A DNA stretch of 64,000 nucleotides from Fimicolochytrium jonesii. Taxonomy: Eukaryota. Location: the NCBI RefSeq assembly GCF_025526975.1, contig NW_026515675.1, positions 1 through 64,000 on the forward strand. The letters are read 5' to 3'. The notes under the pieces are model-generated. The model did no database searches. It had not been told where the DNA came from and saw only the letters and a program-made list of their open reading frames with translations. A program made the translations under genes and the position numbers. Every line of letters starts with the position of its first letter. Positions within the stretch are counted from its first letter, which is position 1. Shown here piece by piece: positions 1-11,830 of this stretch.

Positions 1-667
1 TCTCCATCCCCGCTTCAGTTTCGCGGCCTTTGCTACCTCCGAATCCGTCAACCCCGCCGCTGAAGCCCGCGCTAAACAAATCAGGGAAGTCCATGAACAG
101 CTCGCCCTCGAGCTCAAGGAAGCCCAAGATCAAATGAAGCGCTACGCCGACGCCAAACGAATTCCTGGACCGGACTTCAAGCCTGGCGACCACGTCTGGC
201 TCCTCCGCAAAAACCTCCAGACAACCCGGCCCTCTCAGAAACTCGACCATCGCAAGATTGGGCCATTCCCCATCACTGAAAAAATCAATCCCGTCACCTA
301 CCGGCTCAAGCTCCCGCCTACGTACAAAATCCACGATGTCTTCCATGTCTCGCTCCTCGAACCCCGCTTCACCATCCCCGAACGACATGAACCCGAACCC
401 GCGCCCCCAGAGACCGTTGAGGGTCAAGAAGAGTGGGTTGTCAAAGCCATCCTTGACTCTCGCATCCATCGTCGTCGCCTGCAGTACTTGGTCAAATGGC
501 AGGGCTGGCCTGACTCCGAGAACACCTGGGAGCCCGTGGAACACCTCACCCATACCGACGCACTCCTCCAGGACTTCCACAGCGCGTACCCCAACAAGCC
601 TTCCTCTGTCCCCGTAGCACCTCCTCTGCGGCCACACCAAACTCGACGCCGCCGCCGCCGCCGCTAA
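1..667 (+). CDS. pol: Family A1 chromovirus (Ty3/gypsy) pol C-terminus: end of integrase (GPF motif) plus chromodomain; 5' part lies outside the window
   Basis: ORF 134-667 contains KLDHRKIGPFPI and EEWVVKAILDSR...YLVKWQGWPDSENTWEP; purine tract AAAGAGAGGGG follows. Confidence 0.95.
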   Translation, partial: LHPRFSFAAFATSESVNPAAEARAKQIREVHEQLALELKEAQDQMKRYADAKRIPGPDFKPGDHVWLLRKNLQTTRPSQKLDHRKIGPFPITEKINPVTYRLKLPPTYKIHDVFHVSLLEPRFTIPERHEPEPAPPETVEGQEEWVVKAILDSRIHRRRLQYLVKWQGWPDSENTWEPVEHLTHTDALLQDFHSAYPNKPSSVPVAPPLRPHQTRRRRRRR

Positions 668-679
668 AGAGAGGGGTGA

Positions 680-1206
680 TGTTATGGACGACGCGCCCAT
701 ACCATAAGCTTACCTACTGACAGCCGCCAATGTCAACCGCCAAATGTCAAACGCCAATGTCAATGTCAATGTCAGTGTCAATGTCAATGTCAATGCCACT
801 CCCCCTCTCTCCTCTCATTTCGCCAATCCTCTTGCAATATCGCCACTCCTCCTCTCTCCTCTCATTTCGCCAATCCCCCCTCGGCTTCTCCACACCCCCC
901 ACTACTTCCCCATAGCCAGCAGCTGTAGCAATGCTCTCTACGCTCGCCACGCACGCTCTAGGAGCATAGCTGGCGCCCCCCCAGTCCCCTCTTGTTGTTG
1001 TTGTTCTCTGATCTGCTGGGTTGTCTATCTATAAATAGCCGGCCTCTCTTCGTCCATTCCCTTCCTCCCCAGCAGATCAACACCAGTTCTTCTCATCTCC
1101 TGTTCTAGTCCTTGTTTCTTGTTTTGCCAATACAATCTCTTGTCGCCTATCACTCTCGCCCTGTCTTCTCTACTTCGCTTCCGCCTCCGTCGTCGAGATC
1201 ATAACA
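680..1206 (+). repeat. A1 3' LTR (527 bp)
   Basis: TGTTATG...CATAACA inverted termini directly after the PPT; TATAAATA near 1028; (AATGTC)n microsatellite near 757-795; second copy at 52969-53221. Confidence 0.92.
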
Positions 1207-1298
1207 CCGAGAGCTCGGGTGGCCAGCCCGGGTTTCAGATCAAGTAGAAGTAAAGAGATATAATATGAAATACAAGTGAAGATGAGATATCCCTGACA
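1207..1298 (-). repeat. Family B 3' LTR fragment, interrupted by A1
   Basis: Minus strand reads GAGGGAGG|TGTCAGGG...; homologous to 26940-27031. Confidence 0.7.
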
Positions 1299-1613
1299 CC
1301 TCCCTCGGATCCTGAGGAGGGCACCGAATAAATAAGAGGTGAACTACGAGGGATATGTGAAGAAAGGGAGAGCTCATGTTCATTTTAAAGTGGTGACGCA
1401 CTTGTTCATTTTTCATAGTGTTGACGCACTGTGTGATGTTTGTGTTTGAGGCAAAGGCGTCCCTAAGCCAACGTCGTGTGTGATGTGTGTGTGTAAGGTC
1501 GGTTCTTGCGTCGCCGCGCGTGATGTGATGTAGTTTACGTCGCTATTGTCAGCGGTGTGATTGGTAATGAGCGGTTCTTGCGGCGTCGCGCGTGTGGTGT
1601 GATATGAGATGCT

Positions 1614-4380
1614 TTATGCTGTTCGTCTCCGTATCCACAATGATTGTGGGTGAGCTTTTCGCCATCGTTTGTAGGCAGGCGTGTAGCGAAGAGCGGATTT
1701 GGGTTCCCAAGTAGGGTCTGGATAACCGAGCCATTTGACTAGAACATTTTGTACGGCGCGTCGCTCGTCGATGATATCTTCTACAACCCATTCAGGTTGT
1801 CCGCGTTCTTCGATTGGTGGAGGAGGTTGTGGAACTGCACGTTGCGGATATTGCTCTTCGCGATGTGGTCGTAAAACATCGACGTGAAAGACGGGCCAGA
1901 TGCCGCTGATCTTCGATGGTGATAAATCGAGTTTGTAGGTATCAGGATGTGCTCCCAGTGCGATGATTTTGAATGGTCCAATCCACGTAGCTGCGTATCG
2001 AAGTCCTCTTCGAGCGTCTTTTTCTAGGTTGATTCCTTGTCGATTCAGATCGACAAGGTCGCCAATTTTGTATGCGATTGGCGTTCGACCTTTGTCGTGT
2101 TGACGTGCGAATTGATCTGGTGATCTCTGAAGGTTTTCGTGTACGACGCGGGCGATGTCTTCCTGCCCTTTCTTGAAGAGTTCGATTTCGTTTCAATCTA
2201 CAGCTCGAAGGGTTCTTGTCCTTCGAGTGTTGGATTCCAATCCAGGAGGATTGGAGAGCGTCCAAGATCTACTTCGAATGGCGATAAACCTTCATATTCC
2301 TCCCTCGGACCGGTATTGAATGCGAATTCAATTAAAGGCAATAGTTTCTTCCAATTGCTTTTGTCGTAGTTGAGGTATTGCTTCCAAATCCTTTTCAGGG
2401 TTTGGATGGCTCGCTCAACTTTGCCGTCGGTTTGCTGATGATGAGCCGTAGCGAATTGGTGCTTTACACCTGGTAACGAAGACTTTTGGCGTACCAACAT
2501 GTTTCCACACATGATCTAGAAAGACTTGGGCTAATTCGCGTCCAGTGATTGTCTTCTTGATCAGTGTCAGAATCACACGTCCGGAAAGGTAATCAATGCA
2601 GACGAGACAAGAGTTTGTTTCATCTACTTCGAAAATGTCAAATCCGATCGTGTGCCATCTTCCAAAAGTATAGGAAGAGGTCGAAGAAATCCGTATTGAC
2701 GATGACCAGGTTTGGATTGTCGACAGGATTTGCGAGTTCCAACGTATTTGATAACGTTGGAGCGTACGGTAGGCCAGTAACAGTCTGTAAGAATTCTCGC
2801 GAGAGTCTTCTTAACACCGAGATGTCCTCCGGTGGCGAATTTGTCATGGAATTTCCGTAAAATCTTCAGGCGAATGTCTTCAGGAACGTATAGACGTCCT
2901 TTGTGTTGTACTAATTCATTTTCGAACGTATAACGGAGTTCTTTCGAAGTTTTCTCGTGTTGGGGCTTTTGAGAAATTTCATCGAGATAATCCGAATATG
3001 GATCTTCGCCTAGCGCTTTTTTCCATTCTTCTTCTGAGCAGGTAGGTGAGTTTTGTGGATCGTCTGTTGTAGCATTGGAGGAAGGTTTGTTGACAAGCAT
3101 GTTGCTGATCTGTGTATGCAGGCCGAGGCGTCGTTGACAATCTACACACTGAGGCGCATGTATTGGATTGCGGGAGAGCTTGTCGGCGATATGATTCCAT
3201 CGTCCAGGTAAATACTGGATGTCGAAATCATACTCTTGTAGCTTCTCCACCCAATTGGCTTGTCTTCTGCTCAAATGGTGTTGCGTTTGGATGAATTCGA
3301 GTCCCTTGTGATCGCTAAAACATCGGAAGTAATGACTGATGAGATATGGTCGATTGGCGACCAACATCTTGACAAGAGTTAAAAGCTCCTGTTCGTGCGT
3401 AGGATATCGAGTTTCTGCGTCCTTCATCTTTCTAGAAAAGAAGACCAGAGGCCGGAGCCGAGGTAACTTCTTCCATTATCCGACGAGAGTAGGCAGATTC
3501 GTAGGGATCGTTTCATCGCCAGAAGGTTGTCCAATCCAGCCAGCGATAGCGTAGCCTGATGAGTTGGTATAGACGTAAATTGGCTTGGTTTCATCGATTG
3601 TTGCTAGCGTAGGCGCATTGATCAACGCTTCTTTCAACTTTTGAAATGCCTCTTGTTGCTCAGGACCCCATCGAAATTTAACTTTCGAAGATTGAATACT
3701 TGATAGGGGCAGAACGATGTCTGAATAACCTTGTACGAAGTCGAGGAAATAGTTCGTGAACACGAGGAAGCTTTGAACTCCTTTGTTGACTTCGGAGTAG
3801 CCCAATCCTTGATAGCTTGGATTTTCGAGGGCGCGATGCGAACACCATGTCTTCCGACAATATGTCCACACCATTCAAGTTCTTCTTTAGCCCATACGCA
3901 CTTCAAAGGCTTGATGAAAAGAGCGTGTTCTTCAAGTTTCTTCAGGATACGATCGCCGTGTTCCCAATGTTCGGCTAAGGTCTTCGAGAAAATGTAAATG
4001 TCGTCCAGGTAGGTAGCGAGGAATTTGTCGTAATCTTTATGGAAGGTCTTATTCATAAGACGTTGAAATGCAGCAGGTGCGTTGGTAAGCCCAAACGGCA
4101 TGACCAAATACTCGAAATGTCCGAAGTGAGTCGTATTGCCGATTTTTCTCGATCTTGTTTTCATATAGGAAGACGATGGTATGCTTCTCGAATATTGTTG
4201 AGCGTAAACCATTTACAACCTTGAATCCGATCCCTCATCTCACGAATATTGGGTAAAGGAGTGCGATCTTTTTTGATGACGGAGTTGAGACCTCGGTAGT
4301 CCCAACAGATGCGTAATCCGCCACCTTTCTTTTTCGCAAAGACAACACTAGCTCCCCAGAAACTTGAGGAGTGATGTATC
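1614..4380 (-). pseudogene. pol: Family B chromovirus pol (RT-RNase H-integrase-chromodomain), frameshifted with internal deletions (copy B1)
   Basis: MPFGLTNAP and YLDD in 3634-4212; RNase H THEQELL/SDHKGL in 2624-3427; integrase QTDGKVER; chromodomain PEWVVEDIIDE...KWLGYPDPTWEP; gypsy domain order. Confidence 0.93.
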
Positions 4381-5245
4381 CTTGCATTCGATATTCTCCT
4401 CGGCGTAACACACGAATTCGCTACGGCTCGTCATCAGCAAACTGACGGCAAAGTTGAGCAAGCCATCCAAAACCTGAAAAGGAGTTGGAAGCAATACCTT
4501 AACTACGACAAAAGCAATTGGAAGAAACTATTGCCATTAATCGAATTCGCATACAACACCGCTCCGAGGGAGGAATATGAAGGTTTATCGCCATTCAAAG
4601 TAGATCTCGGACGCTCTCCAATCCTCCCGGGTTGGAATCCAACACTTGAAGGACAGGAACTCAAACTTCGAGCTGCAGATCGAAAAGAAATCGAACTCTT
4701 CAAGAAAGGGCAGGAAGATATCGCCCGTATCGTACGCGAAAACCTTCAGAGATCGCAAAATCAATTCGCACGTCAACACGACAAAGGTTGAACGCCAATC
4801 GCATATAAAATTGGCGACCTTGTCGACCTAAATCGACACGGAATCAATCTAGAGGTAGACGTTCGAAGAGGACTTCGATACTCAGCTACGTGGATCGGAC
4901 CATTCAAAATTATCGCACTGGGAGCACATCCTGATACCTACGAACTCGATTTATCACCATCGAAGATCAGCGGCATCTGGCCCGTGTTTCACGTCGATGT
5001 TTTACGACCACATGTCAAAGAGCAATATCCTCAACATGCAGTTCCACAACCTCCTCCACCAGTCAAAGAACGCGGACAACCTGAATGGGTTGTAGAAGAT
5101 ATCATCGACGAGCGACGCGTCGTACAAAATCTACTAATCAAATGGCTCGGTTATCCTGACCCTACTTGGGAACCCGAATCCGCACTCCGCTATACGCCTG
5201 CCTACAAACGATGGCGAAAAGCTCATCCACAATCTCTGTGGATAC
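4381..5245 (+). pseudogene. pol: Family B integrase-chromodomain fragment (copy B2), inverted relative to B1
   Basis: ORFs 4531-4791 and 4984-5259 closely match the B1 and B4 integrase and chromodomain. Confidence 0.9.
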
Positions 5246-5667
5246 TGTTCATTTCATAGTGTTGATGCACTGTGTGGTGTGTGTTTGTGTGAGGCAAAGG
5301 CGTCCCTAAGCCAACGTCGTGTGTGATGTGTGTAAGGTCTGTTCTTGCCTCGCTGCACGTGATGTGATGTAGTTTACTTCGTTATTGGCAGCGGTGTGAT
5401 TGATATTGAGCGGTTCTTGCGGCTTCGCGCATGTGATATGACATGAGATGATCGGTTCTTGTGTTGTCGCGCTGGTCTGGTGCGTTTATTCTGCTTGTCT
5501 CCATATGACCAAAGAGTGTGGATGTGCTTTACGCCATTGTTTGTAGGCAGGCGTGTATCGGCGTGCGGATTTGGGTTCCCATGTAGGGTCAGGATATCCC
5601 ATCCATTTGACTAGGAGATTTCGTATAGCATGTTGCTCGTCGATGATACCTTCTGCAACCCATTCAG
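5246..5667 (-). mobile_element. Diverged family B fragment (copy B3): chromodomain plus 3' UTR
   Basis: EWVAEGIIDEQ...KWMGYPDPTWEP in ORF 5486-5719; 5246-5480 matches 1403-1610. Confidence 0.85.
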
Positions 5668-5800
5668 TGTGATGTGGACTACCTTCCACATGGGTTGTAT
5701 AACTGATGTTTGTATACAATAGCTACTTTGCTGTAAGGTATTGTAGATGGACTGAGTGTTCGCCAGCGCTGCTCTTCGATATGCAGTAAAAAAGTTACTA
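5668..5800 (-). repeat. Family C LTR, 3' (U5) end only
   Basis: Matches 10600-10723 and 40996-41125; ends ...GTAGTCCACATCACA. Confidence 0.85.
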
Positions 5801-5819
5801 CCCGGCCAAGCCCCCAAAA

Positions 5820-6243
5820 TGTGAAAGTGGTCGATTATTCCCTGAGATAGGTCCTAAATCGGGTCGTTGGCGGGCGGAGATGATCTACTCATGGAGGGTG
5901 CAAGGTAAAAGGTAGAGACCAACCAAATTCCTATTCTCACCACACAAGTAGACACGCTTGGGCATACCTGAATATTGGCAACCCCGGACTGCTAGGCGTA
6001 GGTACGCTAGTCAGTTGGGTCAAATGGGCACTTGTGGTACAAACCTATGGTCTAGGCTATAGCCGTCAAGATGCTCCCCGGGCAATCTACGCCAGTGTCA
6101 TCCTTTTTATAGTGGGGAGGGGGGGGGAAGGGGGGGTGTGTCTCCATCCTACTACTGATCACACTGGTCACACGCGCACAAATACTAATCTTTCTTTGAA
6201 TCTTGTCATCTCCTTGTACGCTGTCGACCTGATCACTTTCACA
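5820..6243 (-). repeat. Family J 5' LTR (424 bp) with adjacent tRNA-Pro-type PBS; internal region deleted
   Basis: 10-bp inverted termini TGTGAAAGTG/CACTTTCACA; minus-strand TATAAAAAG near 6103-6111; followed on the minus strand by TGGGGGCTTGGCCGGG (5816-5801). Confidence 0.8.
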
Positions 6244-7451
6244 CTACCAGCAGCGGGCTTCCCAGCTGTGAATGCAACCGGTCTGCTTTGTATCGCACGC
6301 TGCCTAATACAAGTTGTCGGGCAATGGATGTATACAACCACTGAGCCAACGAAGCTCTGTTATTCAGAGTCAACGCCTATGTGTACCTCCGAGCATACAC
6401 ACCACCGAGTCTCCAGGAGTGATCAGTTCCTGCTTACTCATTACAGATGGCGGCAGTAAACGCATTTACCCTATGCGGATGTCATTTACCATCAAGGGGT
6501 CATGTTCACACTCGTTTTGTGTAGCATGTTGCAACCCCTCCACAGCTTTGACTTCTTTCCAACAATATCGTGAATGAGAACTTCTCTGCAACATATCCGA
6601 TGTTTTTATTAGACAGAAGGTCCCATCCGGCTACAGATCATTCATGGCCTCCAGCCAACCGTGCACTCTTGCGTCGCAAAGCCTCAGTTCCCTTAGAGCG
6701 CTTCCGCTGTTGCTTATCTGTAACGGATTCTGCTTCACCATGGACCAAGATGAAGTCGTCTAACGCAGCGCATTCTTTCACTCGCTCGTGCGCTTCCCAT
6801 GTAGTCTGCTCAGGTGGCCAACCAACCCACTGAACAAGATACTGAGGTTTTCCATGGACCAACCTATTACGCCCAATAATCTTATTGACGTAGTATTCTT
6901 CCTCGCCTTGGACTTGGATGGGCCCTGGGTTAGAGTCCTTTACATCGTCGATGCGCAGCGGATCTCAAGTCTGCTCCGTATGGAAGACCGGGTATAAAGT
7001 GCCCATTTAAGCTGGCAGCTCTAACTCGTATGTTTCTGGGTGTGGTCCTTCCTTCTTCACGATGAAGGGTCCCAGCCAGCTCTGTCTAAACTTGACCGGC
7101 TTCTTATTGAAAGCAGGGATCGTTCTCCCGTCGCTGTTCAACAGGACTTTATCTCCTGGACTAAAGCACTGTACACGACGTCCACGATCGTGATACTTTG
7201 ATTGTTTGTCCTGCGCTTCCCGCAGTTTCTGCTGCACTATGAGTTCAATGTATCGGTATGCTTCAGCACGCTTCTCCTTCTGTACAATGAGCTCACGTCG
7301 TGACTTATGCAAGAATGGGATCGACGTATCGTCCATACATTGCAACACCTTTGCGTCAACTTGCCAATGCATCGGCGCCTGCGGAATTCTACCCAAATCA
7401 ACCTCGGAAGGGCAGTATCCAGTGCTGTTCTGCGTACGGTTGTAGGCAAAC
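6244..7451 (-). pseudogene. pol: Family C 3' fragment (copy C0): integrase C-terminus, chromodomain, partial 3' UTR
   Basis: ORFs 7007-7396 (SWLGPF) and 6638-6862 (YLVQWVGWPPEQTTWE) match C1 at 16140-16960. Confidence 0.9.
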
Positions 7452-7696
7452 TGTTGGAGGCATCATCCTCCCGAGGCCCCGGTTAGGGTTCCCATAGTCT
7501 ATTTCCCCACGTGACTTCCCTCCCGCTTACGCCACGTTTCCGCGTACGGGACTTCACTCTTTTCTTCCCTTTCGGACCTCGCGTCCTGTTTCTACTCCAG
7601 ACTTCTCTATATAACTTCGTATACAATAAAGGGCTTCGTCTCCCCATTACATAGAGTTCGCTCACTGTCTGCTTCCTCTGCCGACTACTGCTAAGT
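7452..7696 (+). repeat. Copia D 5' LTR (approximate)
   Basis: Starts TGTTGG exactly where C0 homology stops; TATATAA near 7608; followed by the PBS. No CA at the 3' end and no second copy to confirm it. Confidence 0.6.
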
Positions 7697-7709
7697 GGTT
7701 ATGAGCCCT
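7697..7709 (+). promoter_or_regulatory. Primer binding site GGTTATGAGCCCT (complementary to the tRNA-iMet anticodon arm; Ty5/copia-type priming)
   Basis: Exact motif; the same motif occurs at 35965 in element E. Confidence 0.85.
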
Positions 7710-7787
7710 GGCTTCGCCCGGAACTTGCGTACGAGTCAGGATAAAGAACTCACGGTCTCCCGTCACCGGTTCCCTCAGTAAAGCACC

Positions 7788-10388
7788 ATGCAACCTAAGG
7801 ATTCAACAACCCAAACTCAGAAAGCACGCTCTGCTGCACTAGCAGCCGGGAAGCCCTCCGCTCCCAATACGCGCTCTCAAGGGAGAGCTCTCCTGGACCC
7901 ACTACCTGCGGTTACTAAAGGAGGAGGAAAGAAAGTTCAAAACGCTGTTAAGAGTTCCGAATCTTCTAATGGGCGCTCTGACATTGACTCACATACTCCG
8001 CCTACTCAAGGCGTACCCCGTCATACCCAACCGCGAAGTGAACCAACACCTACCCCGCTGAAGAAAATGCCTGGTGGATTTGTGGACGAAGGGAAGAGGA
8101 AGGAGGAGTTTTCTGCGACTATTGCAGAGTTGAAAGACGCAACCACGCCTTATGTGGATGCGCCTGAATCGCATGGACCCGTGGAAACCGAAAACAACCC
8201 ATTGCTGGAGGACCCAACTGTGGCCCCCAATCAGGAGGAATCTATCCCTGTCAAGCAGGAAGACAGACTTCTTCGTCTAGAGGACCCATTTGCCAATTTG
8301 GTTGGATTGGTTACCTCCCTCTTGAATCAGGACCAAGCGCCTCAACAAGGCGGACCTACCGTCCCCTCCGTGAACCCGCTCACCCAATCGCCAGTATACA
8401 GCACTTGTTCTAATTGCTCGGCTAGCCCTATCCCGGCTAATTAGCCATATGTGGCTCCTTCGTCACCGGCACCTCATGCGCCTCCTCAGGCCGCTGCGGC
8501 TTACACCATCCCATACGCTTATCAAGCCCCAGAACGGCAGCCATACATTCAAACATCTTCTCAAGTCCCTGCTTTCGCTGAAATTCCTCAAGAAAGTGAA
8601 CCTCTGGGACCCATCATTCCCGTGACGTCCCCTACGGCCGGAAAATCACCTTCCAAGGTCTTCGTCAACAGTACACTTAGTAAACTCGGCGCCTACAATG
8701 GTAAAGCCAACGTTGCCAAGCTTCAAGTGTTCATTGATCACGTCGACGTGATTATGAAGTATCAGATGATTTCGCCTTCCGAATGCGTAGACTTTGTCGT
8801 CAACGCGCTCACTGGATCCGCTATCCAGTGGTGGAAAAGCCTTCCTGGAAACGACCTCTCTTCCATTATTTCATGGCACGATATTCAGAACGTCTATGGA
8901 CTGCCTCCTGAACTCGGATTACGCTCCGCGATGTTAAGGCGCTTCATTCCCCGCACTCATTTGCCGCAAGTTCTCAACAGACTGCACGCATTGAGACCCA
9001 AGTCTGTTAACCATCAAGGTTTAACCGAATTCGTCGCCCAGTTCAACCTTTCGGCTGGACAACTCCCTGGGCTCCCGCAATACATGCTCTGCGCCGAATT
9101 CCTTCAAGCTCTACCCAAGAATTTGAGTACCTTGGTCACTGCCCAGGAGCAATACGACGACAACCTTCGTCTTTCTCAACAAGCCGCTATCCGTATAGCT
9201 GCACAGATCAACGAGAAAACCCCGAGTATGCCTCAGTCGGGCGCATCCGCCGCCCAGGTTACTTCCACTCAACCACAGAAGGAGAAGAACGAAATATCCA
9301 AGACTGAACTCTCTAGAGGCTCCCCCTCCCCCTCCTCATCCTCTTTGGATGCACACAAGAAACCCAACTGCATTTACTGCCAGAAGGGGACGCATGAGTC
9401 TGAGGATTGCTTTACTTTTAAGAAATTCAAAAACCTTATGGACAAGAACGGGAAAACCAAGAAGGACGCACCCGCTGCAGCCTCCATGGCCCACGCCATG
9501 CCCGTTCAAGTCTTCACAGCCAACCACGACGTCCGCCTCTTTAAGGCGAATGTGGATTCGGGCTGTACGGATCATATGACCCCCAACATCGAGGATCTGG
9601 ATCCATCTTCCCTTCAAGACCACCACCGCCTTGTTGGACTCGCCGATTCTACTACCATTACTTCCCAGAAGAAAGGCACCATACTCATCCAACCTATGTC
9701 CGGCGGCAACGTGCTCGCTCTGCGCGACGTGATATTGGTTCCCGGTCTTACCCAGCCGCTTAGATCAGTTGCTAGATACACTGATCACGGCGTTACCGTC
9801 TCCTTTCACCCCACCGATGTCGTTACATTCAACACCGACACCGAATTAATCGCGATGGGAATGCGCCAAGGCGACGCGAACTATCTAGAAGGCCGGGTTA
9901 CTACATTCAAGCCCAATGCCCATGACACTGGTCGCTTCCATTACCCCCCAACTTCTCGATGAACGTCTTGGACACCCAGGAAGCCACATTATCCCGGTTA
10001 TGTCTAAGACAGTAGAGGATTGGCCTTCAGTGGGGGCTACGCCAGATTCAGGCGTACGCTGCGACGCTTGCGCTCTCGGCAAAGCTACCCGCCTTACCTT
10101 CCCTAAATCGACTTCTGCGCCATACAAACCCGGCGAGCTGATACACAGCGATTTACAGGGACCTTTTCATATCCACGGCATCGATGGACAGCGCTACAGT
10201 CTCATGTTCCTCGACGATGGCTCCAACGTCGTCCGTACCAACTCTATCAAGGACAAGGAGGCATCTACAGTCACCGCCAGGTTTATGACCTTTCCTAAAT
10301 GGCTCAAAAATCGCACTGGCGTCTCCCTCAAGCCCCTACGTACGGATAGGGGAGGCGAATACACCGGCGAGCTCACGTCGTATCTACA
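7788..10388 (+). pseudogene. gag-pol: Copia D 5' half: long Gag (gypsy-like capsid, CCHC), protease, N-terminal integrase
   Basis: CIYCQKGTHESEDC; VDSGCTDHM; ERLGHP...CDAC; HSDLQGP; RTDRGGEY; integrase directly follows protease (copia order); one stop (8442-8444) and one frameshift near 9900. Confidence 0.92.
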
Positions 10389-10723
10389 TTCAATGTGTGT
10401 TGGGTTGTCCAGTCTTATTGGAGAACGACACGTCAGCGGAACATGTATCGCTGTCTAAGTGAAACATGTTCCCGAGGTCAGCGAAAGACCTTTCGCTGTC
10501 CAAGGAAAGGTCTTTCCAGACAGTGTTCTCCAGTGTTCTCCGACCTCATGGGTACTTTAACAGTGCTCGTCGCGCGTTCCTATGCACAACAAGTAGTTCT
10601 TCTACTACATATCGCATAGCAGAGCCGGCGAACACCCAGTCCGTCTACAATACCTTACAGCAAAGTAGTTATTGTATACAAACATCAATTATACAACCTG
10701 TGTGGAAGGTAGTCCACATCACA
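10389..10723 (+). repeat. C 5' LTR (335 bp)
   Basis: Aligns end to end with the 334-bp LTR at 41329-40996; the first bases read TTCAAT instead of TGTAAG. Confidence 0.85.
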
Positions 10724-11830
10724 TGGTAGCACCACTTGTTTCGAGCAAAACGAGCTTCATAGCAGATAAACACATCGGCAACTTCAGCATCTCGAAATTG
10801 CGGACGTAGCAATCATCACAGAACGTCGATACAACCCTTCTAGACGATTCAAATAGCCTTCAGGACGTCCAGGACAACGTCCACTGCAACTCCTGAAGCC
10901 CCTAGTGCGCTATAGTTGAAAAGCGCCGACCTCTACGTTATTTACCTAGTGGAACGACCGATACGTCGCAACCACCTTGCTTTTCGCACCTGGATGGTTA
11001 ACCAAACCTCCGTAACTCATAGTTTGCCATCCATACCTTACTCCTTCGGTATATCAACATCTTGAAAGTATACGTTCGACGGTCGACACGTAGTCGACAT
11101 AAACGCGTGTTTACTAGTAGCCAATTAGTAACCCGTTCACGGATCGGAAATCTACCCCCGTAATTCGATCCCCTCCAAACTCGGAAACCTTGTAGAACAC
11201 ACTGAGCTTGAACACTTGTGAAAGTTTCAAAGAGATTCGACCTACGGAAGCGGAGATATCGAAAAACGCGCTAAATCGTCGCCACTATAACCTCTGTGTA
11301 GCAAAACTATCACAGTTTTGACTGAAACAACCCCCGATAAGGTTCTTCCCGATCCAGAGAATTACCTTGAATTTACCTGAACGCTTTGGGATTTTTGAAT
11401 CACTGCAAAACGAGTAATCCGTCATCGCCTTCGTCATCAATTCGATACTTAAGCGAAAACGGGCGGATAGAAAAAGTCTTTCAGTTTTGGGACAAAGCTA
11501 AGCCATTAGGGTTCTTCTCGATCCTCTCAAAGGCCTCTTTAAACTGATAGCTTTAGATTCTGTCTAGGATCAACGTAGCCAAAACCCGCCAACATCGGAC
11601 ACGGTGGATTTTGGGGATTTTTCGCTCAAAAAGAGGGAAAATCTATGCCCGAATTTTGGTCATTGCATACGGCATATACCTGATTCGAAACCTAGTTGTT
11701 TGTGTGTATTTCCTCGAGGTACTGAGCTATACAACATCAACGGAGTACTTCTGTCCGCATTCTGTACGTATTCGTTGTTGTTTGAGGTTATTCGACCTGC
11801 AAACAAGATTACACTGGCCAGAAGGTCGTC

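Noticed and set aside
5798..6248. CTACC as a TSD around the J LTR plus PBS
   Set aside because: The flanking C sequences are not contiguous (about 400 bp missing); a microhomology-mediated deletion explains it better.
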